63,757 nt of DNA, filler included, from Octopus bimaculoides (GCF_001194135.2; 6 parts of 4 records of this genome joined end to end with filler, not necessarily neighbours in it); one strand, 5' to 3'; positions 38,170 to 51,769 are shown, counted from the whole stretch's first letter. A program made the numbers and translations. The notes: generated by a model from the sequence alone, not told the origin.

Positions 38170-38800
38170 CAGTCAATTATTCCAAAAATGAACTTAATTA
38201 CGAACCACCTTCCAGAATATTTGCGTCAAAAACTACGCTCAGATTTCGCAAATTCCTTATTAATGAAGGCAATATCAAACTCCCCCTACCTTTAGAGAGG
38301 TTTCTTGTTCTCGGCTTCCATTTAGTTTGGACATGTTTTACCTGCTCTGTTATCAGGTAAGAAGGCAAGGAAGATTAAAATAGTCTACTAACGTTAGAAT
38401 AGGGCATCATATACAGGATACGAACAGATAATTCTATAGTTGAGATATCAGGCATCTCATCAATCAAATCGATTGTTTCTACTTTTCTGAAATAACGAAA
38501 ACCCACGCAAAAAGTGTTTGCTGATTTATATTGATAGGGTGTATATATTGTTAGAACATGTGCAGAAAGCATATTTAATTTCACTTATTTTTACCTTTAA
38601 TTCAGTTTGCTTCACGCAAAGTCCGTTTACATTTTACATCCTGTTATGTCTCAAGCTACTGCTATCTAGCACCTTCGGATGATCTCTACTCAACCGCTAC
38701 ACAACTGCTACTCGACTGCTACTCAACACACCTTCCACGGCCAGACTACCACTATTTATATGTCTTAGTAGATCCTACTTCTTCGCCTGGGGGCGTCGAC
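38170..38800 (-). mobile_element. Possible L1/Tx1-type AP-endonuclease remnant
   Basis: Weak ordered motifs NG...TIYTP...F and FDIAFINK; heavily disrupted. Confidence 0.3.
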
Positions 38801-39134
38801 ACAACACATCCAATTACTGATAACAGTATTGGAAGAGCGATTAAACATAAAAATGAAATATGCAGGACGAAATCATTTCCGATTTAAATAGCTTGAAGTA
38901 TTTTAAAATAATTTTATAAAAAGTAGAACAATGCAGTTTAGAAATATATACAAGCACAAAAGGCAAATACAACAAGCGAAGGTGTACTATGTGATCTCTA
39001 GATCTACAAATAGCAAGCAAATTAGCATCAACTCGCACCCTACGATCTTAAAAACGATGCGCTATGGATAAGGTAGTCTGTAGCATGCTACTTCAGAAAA
39101 AAACATTAAAAAAACAGAAATGAGGGAATGTGTT

Positions 39135-39477
39135 GTAGTCGCAGACGTGGCTGTGTGGTAAGAAGTTTGCTTCCCAACCACATGATTCCGAGTTTAGTCC
39201 TATTGCGTGGCACCTCGGACGAGTGTCTTATACTGTAGCCTCGGGCCGACCATAGCCTTGTTAGTGTATTTGGTAGAGGAAAACTGAAAGAAGCCCGTTG
39301 TATATATATATATATATATNNNNNNNNNNNNNNNNNNNNNNNNNNNNNNNNNNNNNNNNNNNNNNNNNNNNNNNNNNNNNNNNNNNNNNNNNNNNNNNNN
39401 NNNNNNNNNNNNNNNNNNNNNNNNNNNNNNNNNNNNNNNNNNNNNNNNNTATATATATGTATATATATGTAATAATG

Positions 39478-39508
<31 letters not shown>

Positions 39509-39710
39509 ATGTACATATTTATGTATATATCTATGCATGTGTGTCTGTGTTTATGTCCGCGTAATCTAGCGGTTCGGCAAAAGAAAATGATAGAATAAGT
39601 ATCAGGCTTTAAAGAAAAGTACTGGGATCGATACATTCGACTACAAATTCTTCAAAGCGGTGCCCCAGCATGGCCGCAGTCTGATGACTGAAACAAGTAA
39701 AAGATGAAAG
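39135..39710 (+). mobile_element. SINE family A
   Basis: Head gtggctgtgtggtaag...gagtttagtcc, gap in (TA)n centre, tail ending gactgaaacaagtaaaaga. Confidence 0.85.
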
Positions 39711-39917
39711 ATATTTGTAACTGTAAAGATCCTCAATGTAAGAGATGACCTCGAGCTAAAGCAAAACGAAAAAGAAAGGAAAAAAGAATTTTCTGAAGGT
39801 GAGTTATTGTTTTCAAAAACAATGTTTTGACTAGGTTTTTTAAGGTACTGTGTTACCCTCGAATATTATAATTTTCATATTTATCCTCCATAGTTATCTT
39901 CTAAAGGTGAACACATA

Positions 39918-40670
39918 CTAGGGGTGTTCATTAAGGATTTCTCTGACTTGGATTTCCAAGGACTGGGATGAACGAAACTTGGCATAATTATTAGTCCTTC
40001 TCTACATAGCCACTACCAATGGTGACACACCGCTTCCATCGATTTATGTAGCTGTGAAAACCTCGTCTGTAAAAGTCGGTCGGTTGCGTCTGGAGCCAAA
40101 ACTTTACCTCGGAAATAAGTTCATTATCATTTAAAAAGTGCTTCCTTTTACAAAAAGACTTCATGGTTGGAAAGAGGTGGAAGTCAGATGGTGCAAGGTC
40201 GGGAGAGTAAGAGGAATGAGGAAGAATTTCATAGCCGCAGGCGTGTGCTTTCACCTGGGCAACATGGGCATTGTGAACCGAGGCTTTCTCTTGGAGGAGG
40301 CGGACTCCTTTGGTCAGCATGCTACGCCTCTCTGCTTTGTTGGCGTTCCGCAATTTCTGCAGCAGAGATGCATAATATGCCCCGTTAATTGTGGTGCTCT
40401 TTGCCAGAAAATCCATCATACCTACTTCGCGCTGGTCCTAAACGACTGTGAGCATCGCCTTGCCTGCTGAGGGTTGGATACGAGCCTTTTCTGGAGGTGG
40501 TGAGTTATCATGCTTCCGTTGCTTCGACTGGAATTTAGTCTCAGGATCATAGTGGAAAGTTACAATTTACAATGTGACATGTAGAAACTTGTATAATTAT
40601 ACCTTTACAAGTTCCGTTTACTGCAATAACCAGAAGTGGATCAGGGGAAATTTTTAATGAACAGCTCTCG
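39918..40670 (-). mobile_element. mariner (DD34D-type) internally deleted element
   Basis: TIRs c(t/g)ag(g/a)g(g/c)tgttcattaa..atttc at both ends, TA at 39916-39917 and 40671-40672; HYDPETKFQSKQ...SAGKAMLT...HSSYSPDLAPSDFHLF...YVEK. Confidence 0.93.
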
Positions 40671-41034
40671 TACATCATCGCATGACGTCTTTCCCAACAG
40701 TGATACCTGAAAACTTCTGCTGCATCATTTACACAACAGCAAATAAGAGGGGAACAACGACTTAAGATAGGAAACATCGAAGCAGCTGAAATACAAAATA
40801 TTTTTGTATGAAAATATATGTCTTATCATAAAAAAAACAAAAGGATTTGACATGAATATTGCATGTTCGGTGCTTTGAAAGGCCTGTCATTTTTGATCCA
40901 GTGAGATCTCATGCAGTTTCTTCTTCAATACCTGGAGTAAATTTAGTAGACGAAAACTTTGAGGAAGCGTGAGGTATATATATACATATGCATATACATT
41001 ATATACATACATGTACATTATGACATTATGTATG

Positions 41035-41083
<49 letters not shown>

Positions 41084-41283
41084 NNNNNNNNNNNNNNNNN
41101 NNNNNNNNNNNNNNNNNNNNNNNNNNNNNNNNNNNNNNNNNNNNNNNNNNNNNNNNNNNNNNNNNNNNNNNNNNNNNNNNNNNNNNNNNNNNNNNNNNNN
41201 NNNNNNNNNNNNNNNNNNNNNNNNNNNNNNNNNNNTGTAAACAACAAATGGATGTATTAGTATAACGCTCGGGAATAGAGAAA

Positions 41284-41322
41284 GTCTTTAACATTTCGAG
41301 CCTACGCTCTTCAGCAGAAAGG
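41284..41322 (-). ncRNA. Variant hammerhead-like motif (core CUGCUGA)
   Basis: Minus strand cttt-CTGCTGA-a-gagc(gtag)gctc-GAAA-tgtt-aaag. Confidence 0.55.
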
Positions 41323-41409
41323 AACACAGAAAGAAACAAGGAGAGAAAAAAAATATGTGTAGTGGTCAGCGTACACATATTTTTTTCTCTCCTTGTTTCT
41401 TTCTGTGTT

Positions 41410-41447
41410 CCTTTCTGTTGAGAGCGTAGGCTCAAAACGTTAAAGAC
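41410..41447 (+). ncRNA. Variant hammerhead-like motif (core CUGUUGA, GAAA changed to AAAA)
   Basis: cttt-CTGTTGA-gagc(gtag)gctc-AAAA-cgtt-aaag. Confidence 0.5.
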
Positions 41448-41698
41448 TTTCTCTTTTCCCGAGCATTATACTAATACATCCATTTGTTGTTTACACCACC
41501 TGTCTTCGTCTGTTGTTTTTTCGTGAATTCTCCCTATACATAGCACACGCTCATGTGGTCACACCAGCTAATCCTGTCTCTTCTCATCACACACTAACTT
41601 CTGGACTCTCTACCTTTTTTTCATTCTGCACTATTTATCCTGGACTTTTTATTCTGAACTTTGTATATCTTACAGAGGGGTGCACAAAGCAGAAAAAC

Positions 41699-42048
41699 TG
41701 TAATGTTATTATCAGTTAGAATATGCTTGAGGCACGTTCGAACTAGGGAACAAGTTACTCACTGCGTTTTGTCACGGAAAATATATCCCGTTTGTTGACA
41801 AATGGTGGTGTACCCCTCGATCAGCTCGTAGCACCGCTCGCCTAGTGTCTGTGATCGAAGAGGACATAACTATTCCGAAATGCTAACATCTCACTGTCTG
41901 GGTGTGTGGCGCTGTGAGCTGATCTAGGTGTATGCACACCATCATTTGACAACAAACGGGATATATTTTCCGTGATAAAACGCATTGAGTATCTTGTTCC
42001 CCAGTTCGAACGAGCCTCAAGCACATTCGGACTGTTGATAACATTACA
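41699..42048. mobile_element. Foldback/MITE-like element
   Basis: About 150-bp imperfect inverted arms (tgtaatgttat...tgcttgaggc.cgttcgaact.gggaacaag...cacggaaaatatatcccgtttgttg) with a short spacer. Confidence 0.85.
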
Positions 42049-43470
42049 ATATATATTATACATACAAGCACACATATGTATGTATGTATTTAGGTAGGTA
42101 GGTAAGTAGGTAGGTAGGTAGGTAGTATATAATGTGTGTATGTATATATGGATTTAGTATGTCTATTCGGACACAAGTTAATGCCGACGTCGATGACGAA
42201 TATGTATATAATAGTGTGTATATTTATATGTGCCGGTGTATATGTATGTATAAATATGTGTGTGCGTATATGTATATGCACGTAGGCGCTTGCTCCTGCA
42301 CCGCCTGATAATTGCTGTTAGTTTTGTTCATGTACCCGTAATTCAGCGGTTTGTGAAAGAGACTAATAGAAAAAGAACCAGACTTACAATAATAATCGCT
42401 GGGATAGACTTGTTCGACTAAACCCATCAAGATTTTGTCCAAAAATGGCCATAGTTCAATGATTAAAACAAGTAAAAGAATATAAAAAAAAAATTCGTCC
42501 AGGCAATTGGCATAATTCTCTGTTGCTTTAGATTGAACTGTTAGTGCGTGAACCAAACTATATGAAAACATACACATATCATTTTACTCAGTCTATTTGG
42601 GACATATATTAATATAAAATATATATGTTTATCTTCATGCATTGTGTTGCGTAATGTTTCTTGTAACTGATGTGTAGTATGATTATCTCGAATACTGAAG
42701 CAGAATCAGAAGAGAAGATAATAGAATATATTTAAAGACGTCTATATTTATTTTGTTCCTTAGGTGTTAGATATAACCTGTTAGTTAGTTACAAGAGCTT
42801 TGCAAAATCAGAAACGAAAGATGATAATCTTATCTATATTGATAACATTTTCAAACACTCGTAATCTGTTCATATTCTTAATTATATGTTGTTGAAGCAG
42901 ATTTTTCAAGGATGTCTATTATGTATTTAAATGCCATGACGTGCGATTTAAGTTAACAAAAGATATTTTGTAATTTCTAGTATACTTTTCTTTCGATGCA
43001 TGGCTATTTAATTACTGCATGCAATTATAAACTAATATGGTGGTGCATGCTGACATTTGCAATCACACATACACACATAAAAGATACATGTTATTTCAAA
43101 GAGTGAAGAAATTATAATAAATACACAAGAATAGTAGGAAATCATTCACTATTTCATTTTTGCAAATTTCTATTAGTATAAAAAAAAAAACGCATTCAAT
43201 AAACCTGCATTATTTCATTATTGTATAATATATACTCATTGCTTTGTTGTTTTTCTTGTATAAGTACGATACTAAGTTATAGTATTCAATTCTATAATGA
43301 GTGTATTTCATTAGTTCCATCTAAACATATATGCATATATATATGTATATATATTTATATGTGTGAAGGGGGTGCGTGCGTGTGTACATACATACATACA
43401 TAATACATAATACATACATACATACCGACATACATACATACATACATACATACATACATACGTACGTACG

Positions 43471-43501
<31 letters not shown>

Positions 43502-43504
43502 GAA

Positions 43505-43742
43505 AATCAAATAGAAAGACGATAACTGGACAACTCCGAAAACTTCTATATCCAGATTACAAATTCACATTTATTCCAATAATAATGGGAGCACTTCGTT
43601 TGAAAGTAAGTGCCTAACTGTCAGTCTGGATAAGCTTGGATTTTCAGAAAAAGAAATCAACCAATTAACTCGCGTATTACAAATACAATCTATAAGCAGA
43701 ACAGTTAAATTATGGAAGAATTTTCTCAGGTTTAAAAAGTGA
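43505..43742 (+). mobile_element. NeSL/R4-group LINE C-terminal remnant
   Basis: GQLRKLLYPDYKFTFIPIIMGAL then KLGFSEKEINQLTRVLQIQSISRTVKLWKNFLRF*. Confidence 0.7.
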
Positions 43743-43860
43743 GTTTTCGTTATCTACATTCCAAAGAAGGATCTATCTTTCTTAGAAACTAGCTCCTTTA
43801 GAATAAGAATTTAAATGATTAAATACAAAAGATACACACTCACATACATATATACATATG

Positions 43861-43893
<33 letters not shown>

Positions 43894-44059
43894 NNNNNNN
43901 NNNNNNNNNNNNNNNNNNNNNNNNNNNNNNNNNNNNNNNNNNNNNNNNNNNNNNNNNNNNNNNNNATATATTTATATATATATATATTGTTTCGAATTTG
44001 TGTGAATTTGCAATATATTCTTTTTGTTCATTCCAACGAAAGCATTACTCCCATATTAA

Positions 44060-44279
44060 TAGTTATCGCCAAGCTACTATAGCAGTCCAGAAAAATAGGA
44101 CGAATGCTGCCGTTGATTAGCTCCAAGTGGCCATCGCCTCTAGCTAGCTATGTAACACGAACCTGTGTCCATTATAACCTTCGAACAGGGGAGATCAGCC
44201 GCTTTCCCTTGCTGGTCTGGTGTCTACAGACTAGTTTCAGGGTAATTTCTGGACTGCCATGTTAGCTTGGCGATAACTA
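44060..44279. mobile_element. 220-bp MITE
   Basis: About 34-bp TIR tagttatcgccaagcta...gcagtccagaaa; TTAA on both flanks (44056-44059, 44280-44283). Confidence 0.85.
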
Positions 44280-45627
44280 TTAATATCCAGTACCGCTGCC
44301 GTAGTCTCCTTTAGAGAGACTCAGAAATATTAATATTTCTATTACTCCCATAATTGTACGTGTTTCTATATATAGTATCCTACAGCTCGTTAAAGTTTGT
44401 TTGAGTTTCGTGTTAAGTACATTTTTGTTATTGTTGTGTGCAGCTCCGTCATACATTAAAACATTCCTGGTTCATTTTATACGCATAAAGGTTCTCTACA
44501 GATAGATAGAAGAGTTCTAGTTCATCTTTCTGTAGGTGTTGATCATAATTTTCTTTTGGATGCCAAATCGCAATTTGATCTGAACTGATTTTTTTTTATA
44601 TGGTAACATTAACATTGCCGTGAAAATTTATAATATATCTGAGAAAAGTTTTGCGTTCAAACGTGATATACTGAATAAACAAACTGTTTAATAATATTTT
44701 TTTTTTTACTTGGTTCTTCAAATTTTCTTATATATGCAATTTATGATTAACTTGTGACAATTATGTTCCTGTTTTCTTCGACGTTGCTATACCTTGGGCA
44801 CGGGACAATGTTCAAACTCATTAACGAATAAGATAAACCTGAACGTTGTTTTACCCTTAATATAACACACACGTATTATATAATAAAATAAAATATACAT
44901 ACATTTGAGTGGGGAAGGGGAAATAAATAAATGGGTAATTACAGAGATTTCATTTGTAGTGACCTGTAATCTTAGAAACCACATCTTACCTTCCACAAAT
45001 CTTTAAAAAGCTTGACAAAGGCGAAATTCCCAATAGAAGAAGAAATAATACAGGTAACAAAATATGGAAATCTTTGTTGTGGGACACGTAAATTGACTAA
45101 AGAGAGCGAAACCAAAGAAAAGTTAATGCAAATAGGAAATATAAAAAAAAAACCCTTAATGCTTCACATGCCTACAATAGTTATATAGGCCAAGCGGGAT
45201 CTAAATAAAAAGATCGGATTGGGGTGTATAAGCAACAAATAAAAGGCTCCTCTCTAAGAAATATTCTATGATGTGAACATCTAAACATTTGTACAAAATA
45301 TTCCTTATTTCAAAATAAAGGAAGAAACTGATTAAAAATGAAAGACAAAAGAACAATACGTTATGAGAATTCTAAAACCCCAACCAAACCTGGAATAGTC
45401 AAACACCGCTACGGAAAACATACACAGATGATTTTATAACAAATGTATCTGAAAGGTTGACAAAGAAGCGCGCACAAATCATTGACATCCATACGGTCTA
45501 TATCACTATGTTTTTTAAAGATATTTTCATATAGCTTATACATTTTAATTTAAGAAAATATTTCTTCAAATATAATGTCTGTATTACAAGTTTTTCCCCC
45601 AGGTTATCTATCTAAATTATATATGTG

Positions 45628-45710
<83 letters not shown>

Positions 45711-45768
45711 GACTGACCCTTTCTCTCTCTCTTATACTCTCACCCTTTCTTTCTCTCTCTCCTTCTCT

Positions 45769-45805
<37 letters not shown>

Positions 45806-45888
45806 TATATATAGGTAATACCGAGTAAGTGCTGTATACCGACTAGTTTGTCCCAGTCGTTGTATGAACAGGATTGGGTATTATATAT

Positions 45889-45988
45889 NNNNNNNNNNNN
45901 NNNNNNNNNNNNNNNNNNNNNNNNNNNNNNNNTTAATTAATTAANNNNNNNNNNNNNNNNNNNNNNNNNNNNNNNNNNNNNNNNNNNN
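45889..45988. other. Artificial scaffold linker
   Basis: N44-TTAATTAATTAA-N44. Confidence 0.97.
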
Positions 45989-46849
45989 AGAGAGAAGGAA
46001 AATAAAACAACTACTTCTGCTAGATTAGGAAGCAGAAAAACCATGTGTGTGGGCAGAATAATCCCACGGTTTCTGCTGCAGGATTGCCACCCTCGCGCTG
46101 ACAATCCATTAGTGTAATGGAGATTACTTCTATAGGAAGAAGGGATGTTATATGTTCACGTCTATGTGCATGCGTAGGTATACGTATATATGAATACATC
46201 TTCACTAGTAGTACTATTTTGTTAAGCGCATCTACTAAGCAGTATGAACTGTGTTTAAGGCAGATGCGCACAGCGTGTATCACTCCGCTATAGACACTGT
46301 TTGTAAACATGTCAAATAAAGTAAACACGTAGAAACATAACAATGCCTTCAGTGAGTTGTTTATTATCCCACAAAGAACAAAAGAATACATAACAGTGAT
46401 TAGTAAGGAAAAGTCAGTCTTTATTTAGTTTTGAATGAAGGAGAACTCATGAGTTGGAGAATGAGGCTGTTATCTGTTGTTTTCATCAACTTTGAAAGTG
46501 TGGGCAGTAAGTTAGTAGTGTCAGAGTCGCCGTTCTTCTAAATAGCTCATACGCATGTTGCATGTTTCCAAAGATGGGTATTAGTGATTAGTAAGGAAGA
46601 ATCAGTCTTATGCACATTCCAGTGGCGGCTCGTAGATAAAATGAGTCGTGGTGCTGCTTCAGAAAATGTTTAGCCGTTGTTTTAATATTGTGTAAAAGGA
46701 AACAAACATAAAAAGAAAATTTATACATAAACTTGAACGGTTCGCGTTTTAGCCACTGCGGGATAGTGTGTTTAGTTTGCTCATTGAACAGCGCCGCGAA
46801 TCCTCCCTTGTTTTTCAATACCTCTCCCCATAATCACAAAATTAGGGAG

Positions 46850-47830
46850 GGAAATGTGCCCTATTTTTCAAATCCTGGTAGCAACACTGAAGCTGGGAGT
46901 AGGATAATAATCTAATTCTACACTTCATCACATTCAAGAATATAAACATGTTTATAAGCACAACACACGTGGAACCAAAAAGAAACACTATCTTTCACCG
47001 GAACGCCGGGGTCGGTACTGTCGGTCACGCAGTGCTCTCTCTCCTTAGCGTGAAGCTTCCTATCTCGAACATGTGAGCATGCGTACAACAGCCAAACACC
47101 GCGTCGCTGGAACTGTGAAGTGCACAGTTCTATACAAGGATTTTTGTATTTTTTCATAAACTAGGGGATGGCTGCTGACGTTAAGCTTAAGGATTATATA
47201 ATGTACAAGTATAAAGAAAGAATTAAAATAAAAAGGACTGATTATATTGAACGTTATCGATAATATCGAGTGGAAATAGCGGGTGCTGCAGTTTCGCAGT
47301 GCCTATACACGAGCCGCCACTGGTAGGTTTGGATCTACGGAAGCTTTTTTGACGGTCACTGATGAAGGAGAACTCATGAGTTGGAGAATGTGGCTGTTAT
47401 CTGCTGTTTTCATCAACTTTGATGTGTTGAAAGTGTGGGCAGTAAGTTAGTAGTGTCAGAGAAGACGCCCTTCTTGTAAATAGCTCATACGCATGTTGCA
47501 TGTTTCCAAAGACAGGATATATCAATGTAGAAATAGAGAAAGACTGAAGAAATCTTGAGAGTAGAGGAAGGATATCTCGGGAACACATCGTTGAAAGATC
47601 ATGGAAAGAGCACTGTTTGGGATGGCGGCCATGTTTTTTTGAAGACACCGTAGAAGTACGTGGTAGAAAGATTGGTGGAGTGAAATAAAGTTTTCCATGT
47701 GCTTTGCTGAGTGTGTACAACAAAGAGCGGGATGCGAAACGATTAACAAACGTGGAAGCTTTTCTGTGAGAATACTGTTTTTGGTGCCATGATAGTCGAG
47801 GAATAACGAGTATGAGGGTTATCAAATTGA
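46850..47830 (-). mobile_element. LINE reverse transcriptase remnant (CR1/Jockey group)
   Basis: CSRDILPLLSRFLQSFS...WKHA...IYKKG..SD.TN, ISDRQ..FR, later DPGVP; RT N-terminal motifs in order. Confidence 0.7.
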
Positions 47831-49629
47831 TTGAGATATAAGAGACGGCTGCCTGATAGTTGAGACTATCTCTTCTTTTAGCTCAGCCGATATACGTATA
47901 TATCAACCATTGCTCTCTACAGTTGTAGCATTGCCCTCCTATCCACATTGTTTTTTGTCCTAAAAGCATAAATTAACGAACGTTCACCCTGAAAATCGAC
48001 CGTAAGTGTAATACTAAGGTCACGGATACTGTTTCCTCTTCGTCACAATCACCATCATCCAACAGTTTGATTGTAGACGAACAAGAGAAACAATATTCAC
48101 ATACATCCGGTATTAAATATTTTATCACGTAAGCCTGACGTCATAAACCTTTTAAACTTTACCCAAATGCTTTAAGGCAGCGCTTCAGCCTTTTGCAGCT
48201 GAACGTTCGTTTTCTCACAAGTTTAGCAAAAAAAAAAAAAAAAAAAGAATTCAATCAAATAAAAGCTAATTTTGTTCAGTGATTTATTTTCTGCATTTTC
48301 TGATACTATTTCATTTAGCAAAAGTTCCTTTTATATATTTATTTAAGTTAGTGCCCCCTTTGCTATTTTTTTTTACGGTAATTGCTAATGGACTCACAGT
48401 AATGAAATTCCATTGGATTCTTGGTGCACCCTCAGTTATGCTCCTACTCACTCATAAAATAAAGTCTTATTTATATTTTAATCCAGACAAAAAATTTTGA
48501 AAATATGTTTCAGTTATTCTTCCTGGTTTAAATATTTCAAATATTTTAAAAGGAAAATTATTATCCCTCGAAACATCCACCACCCATTGTGAGTTCACAG
48601 CGTCACCAAGGGACCACTTAGGTTAAGAACCACTGCTTTAAAGTGTATGTAAAGTGTTAAGATGGGTTTTGAATTGAGTCGCGAGCTCTACCTGTCAAAA
48701 ACTTGCCAATTTACATTGCGTGTAGTTGATTTGAGAAAACAAGAGGTAAAGGTGAGACATTGAGGGTGAACGAAATAAAATGGGTGTTTTCGAAAAGATA
48801 TATGATGTGGTGTTTATAACGTTTATGGAAGTATTTTGAAATAACTTAATTCATTACATCTTACACTGTACTTGTTTATAAATCTGTAATGTTCTCTTTC
48901 TGGATATTTTAAAAATGAAATCTGATATTTTTTTGATACAAGTCAAACTTGAACGAGCAGGCTTATAATGAAACATTTCAACAGTGACCATCCAGGCTTT
49001 TTAGAGTTATATACAACTTACCTTATGTGTCCTTTATTTAATACTATTGGGTGTGGTTTATTCGAAATTTGGCTGTTATTTTTAGCAATTTATGTGACCA
49101 CAAAAAAGCTCCCGCATCTTCTATGCGCACATTATCTTTACTGCTGTAGCTAGGCATTAACTACGGATGCTCATCAATGTTTCAATAAATTTCCATGAAA
49201 TTATATTTCTCTCTGACATTCCTTCGGAGATGGTGATTGACCGAGTCGTTCGAACGTCATGAAAAAGTTAAAACAACAACAACAAAATATTACATTATTA
49301 TTGTACGGCTATTATGATCTGAGTTGAAGACTAATTTCATCTTTCATCCTTTTCTCAGAAGGACTGGTGTCCTTACACTGGACCATACACGCTTCCGCCC
49401 TCCACCCTTATCATTCCCCATATCTAAAGCATTGTACTTATGCTGACCACCAGCACTAGCCTTTCCCCTCTGCTTCTTGAAAATAACTCTATTCAAATGT
49501 TAACTAAACTGGCTGAATTAAACAGGATGCGTCATGACTAAATCGTTCGAATATTTTCAGAGTCGACTGAATCGTCTGCCCTTTTGTCCGCAAACAAGAC
49601 AAATGCGTAAAAGTGAAGAGGCAGTCTGG

Positions 49630-49664
49630 TATAAATATAAACGCCCACAGAGCGGAATTCACTT
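49630..49664 (+). promoter_or_regulatory. Candidate TATA plus initiator core promoter
   Basis: TATAAA at 49630 and 49636; TCACTT with A at 49661, 31 nt from the first TATA. Confidence 0.3.
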
Positions 49665-49980
49665 CGGCAGATTCGATTATTTTTTTAGGGTGACTTTTTT
49701 TATATATATATATATATACTCAACTGCATTTATATTTTATTATATACAGTTTCTGAATTTTGATAAGTGACAGTAAACATATGGGTGTATGCAAACAAAA
49801 GTGTTGCTCTAATTATACTGAAATATTTTTGTGATCAGATCTATTATCGTTTTACGAAATAACCTTGCTAACTGGTCGATTAATCTATATATTTGACTCA
49901 CCAAAGAACATCCATAATAAGCTTACTGGAATTCTTTGAAGGTTCACTATTCACTCGGCTGCTATAATTTACATGCCACT

Positions 49981-50217
49981 ATGATTTCTCGCTCTTTGAT
50001 ACTACGTTTCTCGCACTCCCGCAATGTTTTATTTCCCAGAGTAAATTTATTTCACAAACAATATCACAGCAGGTTTTCAAACGCACCTAAATATCGTCTT
50101 TCCTGTCCGGGACCTTGGAATATTTGTAAACAACAGCTTTCACGCAATGCACCGTTTTCAACCGATTCTTCCGAGCAATTTCGACAATTAACCGACCAAG
50201 ATGTTATTTTCAGACAG
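49981..50217 (+). CDS. Candidate first coding exon with mitochondrial-presequence-like composition (product unknown)
   Basis: ATG at 49981, 79 codons rich in R/S/L with no D/E until about residue 62, ends CAG|GTCAGT (phase 0). No downstream exon identified. Confidence 0.3.
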
Positions 50218-51769
50218 GTCAGTAAATTCATTAATTTTTTAATTACAGATACGCATATACAAAACGTTATATGCTCTCCCTGCTCTTATTTTCATTTTAT
50301 CATAATGAAAAAATATATTATTTTGTATCCGGTGTAGACTTGTTTATTTAAAATTAATATCAGGTACCAAGATTTCTTGTATAATGCAGTCGGGTGACAC
50401 AATGACTGAAAAAGAAAAAAAGATTGGTCGTAAGTAAAAAGCCTAAGCTGACGTGGGACGAAACAACTTTTCGAGCATTTACGTAGTCGCTAGACTGGTT
50501 CGAAATGGAAGCTAAATTTTCATCGAATCACATCACACTCTATCGTTATATAGTTTTAAAAGAAAAGCGAAGGGCACCTTGGATAACGTGGTGTTCCGGG
50601 TACGCACCTCGGAACCATCCCCCCACCAAAAAAAAACTAGATGGTAAACGACGGGATATCTTCTATAGGTATCGATTGGAACTAATTTAAATTCAAACAA
50701 CGGTTTTTCAGTTTGTTGACATTTTTATCGTCTGAATGACGCTGGTGATATTACGTGAAGGGTCACCAGTAAAAATTAATCCATGCTTCAAAACCTAAAC
50801 ACTGCATTACCCCCATCTGAATAACTTCTATCATTTAAAAAGCATCGAGTTAAAGCGGGAGTCTCAACCAGCTAGAAATTGCAGAAACTCTTACTCAAAT
50901 CACAACCTAGGAAGAGCGTATTGAACAAACCTGTCGTGGGGGTAATCCTTCATTACAAGTTGCCACTTTCACTTTTACAAAATGTGTTTGGCAATGACAA
51001 GAATTTCTTCTTCCTTTGCTTTCTGTTATTCTTTTTGTCATAAGGGTTATTTTAAGGGCAGTTAAGAATTATTTTGGTTAATGTTTACATCTTAACCTAT
51101 TTTTTTGTAACTGTTGTTGGTAATTTTTTCTCACGTGAAATTATGTTATTGTAAATTATTATAGATTACTGCTTTCATTTCCCTACAGATCGTTTTGTTA
51201 TGAAGCAGCACAGTAGCACTATTGAAAAAAAACCAAAAAAACATTCGATTCTCTTCGTTTTAAATGATACATGTCAAACTAATTGCATTCCTAAAATTTC
51301 GGATACCAAGGAGACGTAGGCCTTTTCCGGCAAGAGTTTACACACACGCACGCACGTACGCACACACACACACACCCACACTTCGGTCATAACCAAGTTA
51401 TTTTAGTACATTCCCTATTATTATTACCTTCATTTACTTACCGCACTTACACGTTCGAAAATCAAAAGATCGCCTTTGTGTGTATGTTTTCCGCTGTTTT
51501 TACACCGGCGAAGAATGTAAACAAACGACGAGGAAATCGGCGCTCTTTTAAGCGAGATCCTTTGTGTTATTTAATCTGAACCGGCTTACAGACACTCCCA
51601 GATGATTGTTTCGTTGAAAATCGATAAGCAACGATGCTGTTGTTAACTATCCACGATATAACAACATAAAATGAAACGAGCTAAAGAACAACGGCCGCAA
51701 ATCGTCTGGTAAAATGGGGATCCCTTTCAGTGTATCTACTGCGAACATTTCAACTGGACAGAGTTGAGA

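Larger units (their letters stand above)
41236..41495. repeat. Near-perfect palindrome (about 125-bp arms, 10-nt loop) of a PLE-type terminal repeat
   Basis: 41236-41361 is the reverse complement of 41372-41495; each arm carries a hammerhead-like motif. Confidence 0.92.
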
